This document shows positions 37,400-43,937 of a stretch of 43,937 bases of DNA, piece by piece. The translations under genes and the position numbers were made by a program. Source of the DNA: a virus (Duplodnaviria; Caudoviricetes); IMG/VR virus record IMGVR_UViG_3300048856_000037, positions 1 to 43,937 of that record; one strand, written 5' to 3'. The notes under the pieces are model-generated. The model saw only the letters and a program-made list of their open reading frames with translations, had not been told where the DNA came from and did not search any database. Numbering within the stretch: the first letter of the stretch is position 1; every line of letters starts with the position of its first letter.

Positions 37400-37975
37400 A
37401 TGGCTGTCGACTCGCGAGGACCTCGCAACGCACCCGTCTTCTCGGCCACGGGCGCGTCCGACGACGCGGCCGACCTCACCACCCTCGGTGGGTTGATGGT
37501 CGAGCTCGGCACGCGTCGCACCGGCACGTCCGACGAGCGGAAGGCGCTCGACACTGCGTGGCTGTTCAACGGACTCACCTGGTACGAGACCGACACGAAG
37601 CGGACGTACATCGTCGACGGCGGCGCGTGGGCACTCCGGGACTACTACTCCGGTCTGCTCGCCCTCCCAAACCGGTCGGGGAACTTCCGCCCGGTGGACG
37701 GTGCCGGCTTCCGCGTTGACGGGCACCAGCGTGTCATCGAGGGGCAGCTGACGAAGGTCATCAACAACGCGGAGACAGCGCTCGCTTCCGGCGACCGGAT
37801 GTTCACGCTGAACGAAGAGGACCGGCCGCAGTACCGGCGCCGGTTCACGTGCTCGGGTGGCGGCGGCGCGGTGTTCATCGTCGAGGTCGGTGTCGACGGT
37901 CTGGTGCAGATCTCGTCGGTGGCGACGGGCTCGTCGACCTACGTCCGCCTCGAGGGGATCCTCTTCTACGTCTGA
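37400..37975 (+). CDS. Minor tail protein
   Basis: GTSDER.AL...GLTWYETDT pattern; AGGAG RBS. Confidence 0.65.
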   Translation: MAVDSRGPRNAPVFSATGASDDAADLTTLGGLMVELGTRRTGTSDERKALDTAWLFNGLTWYETDTKRTYIVDGGAWALRDYYSGLLALPNRSGNFRPVDGAGFRVDGHQRVIEGQLTKVINNAETALASGDRMFTLNEEDRPQYRRRFTCSGGGGAVFIVEVGVDGLVQISSVATGSSTYVRLEGILFYV

Positions 37976-37995
37976 CCCCCGAGCCACCCGTTCTC

Positions 37996-38023
37996 ACGCC
38001 GCCTCCGGGCGGCGTTCGTCGTT
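37996..38023 (+). terminator. Intrinsic terminator before lysis cassette
   Basis: ACGCCGCC-TCCG-GGCGGCGT followed by TCGTCGTT. Confidence 0.65.
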
Positions 38024-38036
38024 GAAGGAGGCCCTC

Positions 38037-38831
38037 GTGGTCACAGCACGTCACCCGGTCGGCCCGTCGTCGTTCGACGACGGCACGTCGACCAGCCCGC
38101 TCGGGAAGGTGCAGCACGTCAGCTCGGCGTTCGTCGCCGCGCAGGTGTCATCGCTCTGCTACGAGTTCGACACCCAGTTCCCCGGCGCCCTCGAGCGCGG
38201 CGATCGCCTCACCGTGAACGAGGGGATCCGCGAGAAGCGCCGCATGGAGATCCTCCGGGCCGCGTGGGAGAAGTTCCTGCGCGACGGGACGCCGTGGGCG
38301 CCGCTGGCTGCCGCCCTGTACTTCTCCACCCACCGCGAGGAGATCGGGTCTGGGCTCGACTTCGGGATCACCACGAAGGACGGCGGGAACCGTGCCATGA
38401 CCGCGGCTGAGGCTGCGTGGGTCCACGCGCACGGCGTGCCTCGCGGGATCGTGCACACCGGTGCGGGCTTCAACCCGCCGGAGGCGTGGCACCACAACGG
38501 CGGCTACGCGTTCACGCTGCCGCCGATCACCGGCGTGAACCAGCCCGGCGAGCCGTTCTACACCTCGAGCAGCATCACCACGGACACGAAGGAGAGCAAG
38601 CCGCTCATGAAGATCATCCACAGCCCGAAGGGGCACACCCTCCTCACCGAGAAGGGCGCGTACAAGTTCGACCCGCTGCGCGTCGGGAAGCAGACCATCC
38701 TCGGCACCCAGCAGATCAAGCTCATGCAGCGCGTCATCGACGCGAAGGATGAGAACGTCCTCACCGACGCGACCGAGTTCGGGGACGCCGAAGTGGACAT
38801 CATCGCCGCCGTCCTCCGGAAGGTGAAGTGA
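38037..38831 (+). CDS. Endolysin, M15-family zinc peptidase
   Basis: TVNEGIR, STH...GSGLDF (SxH..D) and EAWH motifs; AAGGAGG RBS; precedes holin. Confidence 0.75.
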   Translation: MVTARHPVGPSSFDDGTSTSPLGKVQHVSSAFVAAQVSSLCYEFDTQFPGALERGDRLTVNEGIREKRRMEILRAAWEKFLRDGTPWAPLAAALYFSTHREEIGSGLDFGITTKDGGNRAMTAAEAAWVHAHGVPRGIVHTGAGFNPPEAWHHNGGYAFTLPPITGVNQPGEPFYTSSSITTDTKESKPLMKIIHSPKGHTLLTEKGAYKFDPLRVGKQTILGTQQIKLMQRVIDAKDENVLTDATEFGDAEVDIIAAVLRKVK

Positions 38832-38833
38832 CC

Positions 38834-39355
38834 ATGAACACGTTCTTCTCCCGCTACGCGACCACGCTCCTCCCGCTCGCCGTGGGCGTCCTCGGCATCC
38901 TGCAGGCATCCCAGGCGGCCGGCACGGGGACGGTGCTCGACTGGCAGACCCTCACCCAGATCGGGCTGCTGCTGCTCGGCACCGGCGTCGTCTTCTGGCT
39001 GCCGCTCGTCGACGCGCGCTGGCACGGCGCCGCGAAGACCGGCTCGTCCATCGGCTTCGCGATCCTCTCCGCTCTCGTCGCCGTCATCCCGGACGGGCAC
39101 TTCACGAAGGCGAACGCGATCCTGGTGATCACCGCGGTCGTGAAGGCCGTTGCCACCGAGCTCGGCGTGCAGATCCGGACCGATGCCGCGAAGGTCATCG
39201 ACGCCCGCGAGAGCACGGCCGTCGCGGTCGTGACGTCGCTGCCGGCGTCGGCGATGCCGGGGGCGGACGCGCTCGTCGTTGGCGACGGGCTGGCGGATCC
39301 CGCGAACACCAGGCTCGTCGACTCCGACGAGCCCAAGCACTCCGCCAAGTCCTGA
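38834..39355 (+). CDS. Holin-like membrane protein
   Basis: About four hydrophobic segments directly after endolysin (start 38828 or 38834). Confidence 0.65.
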   Translation: MNTFFSRYATTLLPLAVGVLGILQASQAAGTGTVLDWQTLTQIGLLLLGTGVVFWLPLVDARWHGAAKTGSSIGFAILSALVAVIPDGHFTKANAILVITAVVKAVATELGVQIRTDAAKVIDARESTAVAVVTSLPASAMPGADALVVGDGLADPANTRLVDSDEPKHSAKS

Positions 39356-39367
39356 GAGGGGAACCGG

Positions 39368-39850
39368 ATGCGTCTCGTCCAACTGATCAGGCGGCTCAGC
39401 GCCGCATCCATCTGGGGGCGTGACGCCATCGGTGACCGAGATGACCGCGTCCGCGGCCTGCTCCGAGTCGCGCTCCCCGCCGTCGACGTCGCGCTCGTCC
39501 TGTTCGGGTTCGGCGGATTCCTTTCCGGCATTCCGGCGCTGCGCGACGTCTTCGACCCGGTGTACGCCGAGGTGTGGTCCGCCGCGCTTGGTGCCGCCGC
39601 GCTCGGCTGCCTCGTCGGGCTCGCGTTCCCTGCGCACCTGTGGAAGGTGGAGCGGACCGGGAAGGCGATCCTGGCCTCCATGCTCACCGTGTACGGCGGC
39701 GCCCTGATCTACGCAGGGGTGCTCACTGAGGATCTCGGCCGATCGGCTGTCGGGTTCATCCCAGTGGCTCTCGTCCCCGTGCTCGTGTGGCGGATCCTCG
39801 ACGTGACCGCGGACGCGAAGCGCAACGGGTGGCGAGGAGCTCCACGGTGA
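39368..39850 (+). CDS. Membrane protein (lysis cassette)
   Basis: About four TM segments. Confidence 0.65.
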   Translation: MRLVQLIRRLSAASIWGRDAIGDRDDRVRGLLRVALPAVDVALVLFGFGGFLSGIPALRDVFDPVYAEVWSAALGAAALGCLVGLAFPAHLWKVERTGKAILASMLTVYGGALIYAGVLTEDLGRSAVGFIPVALVPVLVWRILDVTADAKRNGWRGAPR

Positions 39851-40293
39851 ACGCCGGCCTCATCGTCACGCTCGTCGTCGGCGTCGTCGCGCCGATGTCG
39901 GCCGCGTGGGCGACGGTGAAGGTGGCGCAGATCAGAGCGAGCAAGTCCAGTCCGGCCGAGATGAAGACGGCTGCCGCAGAGTCCGACCGCGTCAGCCTCG
40001 ACACCTTCCGGGAGTTCCGCACCTGGGCCGAGGGGCGCATGGACTGGCAGGACCGTCGCATCGCCGTGCTCGAGGGCGCACTCGAGAAGGTGTCCGAGAA
40101 GTACACGCTGATCAAGGAAGCGTTCCGCGAGTTCTACCGCGAGGTGCGCGCCCTGCTCGGCGCTGGCACCCCAGCCCTCGAGGAGCACGTCCGCGAGCTC
40201 CTGACCGAGCAGGACATCGACGACACCTTCGGCGGTGCAGCACTCAAGCGGCTCCGCGACGACGCGCCACCTCCTCCTCCACCGCCGGTGTAG
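39847..40293 (+). CDS. Single-TM coiled-coil protein (lysis cassette)
   Basis: GTGA coupling; N-terminal hydrophobic helix then charged helix. Confidence 0.6.
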   Translation: MNAGLIVTLVVGVVAPMSAAWATVKVAQIRASKSSPAEMKTAAAESDRVSLDTFREFRTWAEGRMDWQDRRIAVLEGALEKVSEKYTLIKEAFREFYREVRALLGAGTPALEEHVRELLTEQDIDDTFGGAALKRLRDDAPPPPPPPV

Positions 40294-40338
40294 CCGGCAC
40301 ACGACCGCGCTGCTGCGCACGATAGGAAGCAGGGCCGC

Positions 40339-42105
40339 ATGGCCGACTACAAGCAGATCCGCGTCAGGAGGGACACCCTCACCAACTGGACGGGCATCGT
40401 TCCGGCCGACGGCGAGCCCATCGGGATAATCGGCGCAGACGGGGTCGTGACGACCTACAAGATCGGCGACGGCGTGACGGCCGCCGATGCGCTCCCCGCG
40501 TTGAGTAAGGGCGACCGGGGTGACCGCGGTCTCCAGGGTCTTCCGGGAACGAACGGCGTCGCAACCGACGCTGCTGTCGCGACGAACGTGCAGACGGATG
40601 GGACGGCGACACGAGCGGCCCTCCTGGCGCTGATCCCGACTCTGAACGTGCCGCAGCTCCCGCCGGCGCGGACCCCTGCGGCGGTCGCCGCGGTCGCGTG
40701 CTGGGGTGACTCGATCACGGAGATCGGGATGGGGACTGACTCCTACAGCGACCTGCTGGCGAAGCTCACCGGACTCCCCGTCTACAACGGCGGCAAGTGG
40801 GGGCAGTCATCCCCGCAAATCGCAGCGCGACAGGGGGGAGCGCCAGCCCTCATCACGTTCCCGAGCAACACCATCCCGACTACGACCTCGGCGACGACGG
40901 TCACGGCAGCGGTGAACCCGCTCGGCGGGTCGTACAGCGGCTCCCGCATCGGTTCGATCCACGGCGTACCGGGCACGCTCGCCTGGGACCAGCCCACGAA
41001 CACGCTCACTTTCGCACGCGCCACTGCTGGACCGGCAGTCACCTTGACGGGCGCAGCGAAGTTCGTGCCGGCGGACGGGGCGAGCATCGTCAACCGGGAG
41101 GCAGCACAGATCCTGTGGGCGGGCAGGAACGGCGCACAGGACGTCAGCGGGAACGTCGCCGCCATCCGTCAGATGGCGAGCTACGGGAACGCCAGATTCC
41201 TCGTCCTCGGCGTTCTCCCATGGTCGGGTCAGACCTCGCCGGATGCGACGAACTACGCGTACCAGGAAGCGTTCCCGGAGCAGTTCAGGGACATCGGCGC
41301 ATGGCTCCGCACTCCGTCAGCTGCTGCTGCAGCGAACATCACGTTCACGTCCGACGACCAGGCTGACATCGCTGCGAGGCTGACGCCTCGGTCGTTCCGT
41401 CAGGACGACGTGCACCCGAACGCTGCGGGCCGGACAGCGATCGCGGCGTACATCTTCGCCGAGATGCAGAAGCTCGGGTGGGTCGCCTCCTATGTCGCAC
41501 CGGCGCTGCCGGTCGCGGCCACGAACCGGTGGGACGTGAGCGGCCGCGCTGCTGGGCAGTCGATCGCCGCAGTCGACCCGCTCGTCGGCACGATCCAGCT
41601 GACGCAGAGCACGGCATCTGCGCAGCCCGTCAGCGTCACCGACGCGCTGTTCAAGCGCAACGCTGCATCGGTGAACGCCACGCTGAAGATCAGCGCCGCT
41701 CTCGCTGCGGTGCCGTCCGTCGCCACCGTGACCATGATCGGTCGGCTGACGGATGCGACGGATGCGAACGGGAAGCTCATCGTCAACCTGCTCGGTGTGC
41801 TGCTCCGTGTGAACGGTGCGAAGTACGGCACCTACGCCACCTCGGGTGGTGCGGCGTTCACCGGCTCGGCGACGGCGGACACGTTGCCGCACGTGTTCAC
41901 TGTCGTGCTGAATGGCGCTTCGTCGACCCTCTGGATCGATGGTGTGAACGTCGGCACGGGAACGGCGGCGCCCTCGAGTGTGCAGCTCACGCTGGGTGGT
42001 GGTGCGGGATTCGAGGTGCTCGAACTCGTCTACAACGACTCGGTGCTGTCGGACGCGAACATCGCGGCGACGTCCGCGGCGCTTCGCAGCGGGTACATCA
42101 AGTAG
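40339..42105 (+). CDS. Tail-fibre-like protein with SGNH esterase and LamG-like domains
   Basis: QIRVRRDTLTNW...DGE...KIGDG N-terminus; collagen GDRGDRGLQGLPG; WGDSIT, GGKWGQ, GRN, DDVHPN; HVFTVVLNG..STLWIDG. Confidence 0.75.
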   Translation: MADYKQIRVRRDTLTNWTGIVPADGEPIGIIGADGVVTTYKIGDGVTAADALPALSKGDRGDRGLQGLPGTNGVATDAAVATNVQTDGTATRAALLALIPTLNVPQLPPARTPAAVAAVACWGDSITEIGMGTDSYSDLLAKLTGLPVYNGGKWGQSSPQIAARQGGAPALITFPSNTIPTTTSATTVTAAVNPLGGSYSGSRIGSIHGVPGTLAWDQPTNTLTFARATAGPAVTLTGAAKFVPADGASIVNREAAQILWAGRNGAQDVSGNVAAIRQMASYGNARFLVLGVLPWSGQTSPDATNYAYQEAFPEQFRDIGAWLRTPSAAAAANITFTSDDQADIAARLTPRSFRQDDVHPNAAGRTAIAAYIFAEMQKLGWVASYVAPALPVAATNRWDVSGRAAGQSIAAVDPLVGTIQLTQSTASAQPVSVTDALFKRNAASVNATLKISAALAAVPSVATVTMIGRLTDATDANGKLIVNLLGVLLRVNGAKYGTYATSGGAAFTGSATADTLPHVFTVVLNGASSTLWIDGVNVGTGTAAPSSVQLTLGGGAGFEVLELVYNDSVLSDANIAATSAALRSGYIK

Positions 42106-42112
42106 TGGAACA

Positions 42113-42161
42113 GGACGCCCCCGGGCGCGGCTTCGGCCGTGCTCGGGGGCGTTTCGTCGTT
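42113..42161 (+). terminator. Strong, likely bidirectional terminator
   Basis: 19-bp stem with cUUCGg loop, followed by TTTCGTCGTT; between convergent genes. Confidence 0.85.
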
Positions 42162-42880
42162 CATCCGTACGCGAGGGCGTCTTCGACGTGGTGAGCGAAC
42201 TGCCGGTGTCCCGCTTCGGTGAGGTGCAGCCCCTGCTCGTTGAACTCGAGGTCCCATGCGTATGCCGACACGTAGGTGACATCGGCCTGCCGGGCGACGG
42301 CGCTCAGCGTCCGGTCGACGGCTTGCTCGCCGGAGGATCGCTGCGGTGCGTGCGGCGGTCCGACGAGCACAACGTTGGGGATGTCCGCTGTGTCGCGGAG
42401 CAAGTCTGTCGCGGCGGCCTCGATCTCGTCGGGATCGGCGCCGACATCGTTGAGCCCACCTTGGATGATGAGCGTGTTCGGCCCAGCGTTGGCGAGTTGG
42501 TCGATGCGGGTTGAGAACTGGTCGTTGCCGCAGTACCCGCCAGCCGTGTAGCCGGTGTACCCGACACTGTTCACGAGGACGCGTGCTCCGGTGTCGTGGG
42601 CGAGGGTGTGCACCCAGCCGTCGCTGCGGTCGGCGAGGTCGTCTCCGGCCGAGTAGGAGTCGCCGAGGATAGCTATCGTCTCATCGCCGGGCGAGACCAC
42701 CTGGTACGGCGAGGTCTGCTGCTTCCAGGCTGTGACGCGTTCGCATCCGGCCTCCGTGGCCCGATGAGCGGCGAGTGCACGGTGCCCAACGAAGCCGCCG
42801 GCGCCGACAACCATCAAGGCGGCGGCGCTGATGGCGATGATACGCCTGCGACGCGTCCCGAGATTCTTCCCCCACTGCAT
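42161..42880 (-). CDS. Secreted or membrane-anchored SGNH/GDSL protein (moron)
   Basis: RRRR plus hydrophobic N-terminus; LGDSYS, GYTGY, GGLND, QGLHLT. Confidence 0.85.
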   Translation of the reverse strand: MQWGKNLGTRRRRIIAISAAALMVVGAGGFVGHRALAAHRATEAGCERVTAWKQQTSPYQVVSPGDETIAILGDSYSAGDDLADRSDGWVHTLAHDTGARVLVNSVGYTGYTAGGYCGNDQFSTRIDQLANAGPNTLIIQGGLNDVGADPDEIEAAATDLLRDTADIPNVVLVGPPHAPQRSSGEQAVDRTLSAVARQADVTYVSAYAWDLEFNEQGLHLTEAGHRQFAHHVEDALAYG

Positions 42881-42887
42881 AGCGTTG

Positions 42888-42893
42888 AGCCTA
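42888..42893 (-). promoter_or_regulatory. -10 box of leaderless SGNH moron
   Basis: TAGGCT 7 nt before ATG 42880; no SD. Confidence 0.55.
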
Positions 42894-42909
42894 AGCCAAA
42901 CCCACGTCT

Positions 42910-42951
42910 CGCCCCGCCCCTCATCCGAGGGGGCGGGGCGCTTTCGTCGTT
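42910..42951 (+). terminator. Intrinsic terminator
   Basis: CGCCCCGCCCCTC-ATCC-GAGGGGGCGGGGCG followed by CTTTCGTCGTT. Confidence 0.75.
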
Positions 42952-42970
42952 GGCGGCCGTCGGCATTTGG

Positions 42971-43114
42971 CTAGGTGGCGGGGCAGGGGCCGTGGCGGTC
43001 CGGGTCCTTCGGCTCCCACGAGTCACCGCAGCGCGTGCACACGACGTCGCCTGTCTGCATGCCGAGCATGTACTCCTTGCGGAGCCAGTGGTGCTGGGTG
43101 GGTTCTTCGGGCAT
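42971..43114 (-). CDS. 47-aa Cys/His micro-protein
   Basis: AAGGAG RBS; HHW...VCTRCG...HGPCP. Confidence 0.55.
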   Translation of the reverse strand: MPEEPTQHHWLRKEYMLGMQTGDVVCTRCGDSWEPKDPDRHGPCPAT

Positions 43115-43145
43115 GGTCTTCTCCTTCTGTTGCGGTCTCCTCCTA

Positions 43146-43418
43146 CTATCGGTTTGCGCTCGGCAGAAGTCGTGCGCGGACAGCATCACGCCAGACCCAC
43201 GCGCAGTCGGCGGCCTGGCCGAATCCCCACTCGACGAGGACGGCGCGCTCCGTGTACGCGATGGCGCGCGCTTCGACTTCGAGGATGCGGTCGGGGAACT
43301 GCAGCCAGGCGAAGACGGGGTCGGGTGGGGCGACGTCGTAGTCCGGTCCGCCACGGGCGACCTCGGGCAGGGAGAACGCGGGCCCGAGCGCCCAGCGGTC
43401 GCGGCGCCGGCGGGCCAT
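43146..43418 (-). CDS. Hypothetical protein, paralogue B
   Basis: ATG overlaps upstream TGA; aligns by eye with 43418-43711. Confidence 0.7.
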   Translation of the reverse strand: MARRRRDRWALGPAFSLPEVARGGPDYDVAPPDPVFAWLQFPDRILEVEARAIAYTERAVLVEWGFGQAADCAWVWRDAVRARLLPSANR

Positions 43419-43711
43419 CAGTCGCGACGGGGAGCGAGCTGGCGGCGGCTCACGGACGCTCGGGGCACCCAGGCGCGCTGCAGCCGTCCCTGCCATGCGA
43501 TCTCGACGTACACGGCGACGTCGGAGCGGGCGATCGCGAACGCCTTCACCTTGTCGAGCACACCGATCTGGTCGAACCGGAGGTCCGCGACCCACACGGG
43601 CTCGGGGGCACCGAGCTGCTCGGGGTTGCCGATCTGGTCTAGGGGCAGCGACTCGGCTGCGTAGATCGGGACGTCTTGGTGCTCGGGTGGCGCCCACTTG
43701 TGCTCGGCCAT
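43418..43711 (-). CDS. Hypothetical protein, paralogue A (leaderless)
   Basis: ATG 6 nt after TACCGT; aligns with downstream ORF. Confidence 0.7.
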   Translation of the reverse strand: MAEHKWAPPEHQDVPIYAAESLPLDQIGNPEQLGAPEPVWVADLRFDQIGVLDKVKAFAIARSDVAVYVEIAWQGRLQRAWVPRASVSRRQLAPRRD

Positions 43712-43717
43712 GCGAGG

Positions 43718-43739
43718 ACGGTACCGGGCACCCCCGACG
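43718..43739 (-). promoter_or_regulatory. PafBC/RecA-NDp-like promoter
   Basis: CGTCGG-N10-TACCGT (1 mismatch to TGTCGG-N10-TAnnnT). Confidence 0.55.
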
Positions 43740-43860
43740 ATCGCGGATCGGCTTAACTTCCGCGGAATGAAGCGCAGCGCTTCACGTCGCCCCTTGGTCG
43801 TGGGTCTGCCGCGGCTGCCCTGCGGCGGCTACGCTGCGATCGACTCGAGAGGATCCGACG

Positions 43861-43937
43861 ATGACGAACACCACGCCTCCTGGCTGGTACCCCGACATGC
43901 AGGGCACGACGCGCTGGTGGGACGGTCAGCAGTGGAC
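43861..43937 (+). CDS. DUF2510-domain protein (3' truncated)
   Basis: Own translation MTNTTPPGWYPDMQGTTRWWDGQQW; GAGAGG RBS. Confidence 0.8.
   Translation, partial: MTNTTPPGWYPDMQGTTRWWDGQQW

Larger units (their letters stand above)
321..43937. mobile_element. Temperate siphovirus-type prophage (right end outside window)
   Basis: att core, integrase, immunity, replication, packaging, head, tail and lysis modules in canonical order; no second att copy seen. Confidence 0.95.

Noticed and set aside
40339-42105. Diversity-generating retroelement target
   Set aside because: No reverse transcriptase and no template/variable repeat pair seen in the window

Overview
High-GC actinobacterial DNA (inferred Microbacteriaceae-like host) occupied almost entirely by a temperate siphovirus prophage. 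The left junction is the 3' half of a tRNA-Lys(TTT) gene at 321-362 (minus strand), next to the end of a host SGNH-hydrolase gene. The matching att site and intact tRNA are not in the window, so the prophage runs past the right edge. Gene order: tyrosine integrase, ImmA-like metallopeptidase and HTH repressor (minus), then a divergent Cro/Xis, early recombination/replication genes (RusA, YqaJ exonuclease, Bet/RecT, NUMOD4-HNH, C5 methyltransferase, MmcB-like nuclease, initiator, DnaB, SSB), a ~400-nt structured late leader, HNHs, terminase, head and tail genes (with a -1 frameshifted chaperone and 1236-aa tape measure), an M15 endolysin/holin cassette and right-end cargo. Three things stand out. 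(1) A tail-fibre-like SGNH esterase converges on an independently promoted, membrane-anchored SGNH moron, a candidate receptor-modification/superinfection-exclusion pair. (2) Three promoters have the PafBC/RecA-NDp geometry (TGTCGG-N10-TAnnnT); two drive leaderless antisense cargo, including a tandem paralogue pair, and one is the apparent late promoter. (3) The late promoter is followed by a terminator and a multi-stem RNA. All product calls come from motif recognition and synteny; no searches were run.
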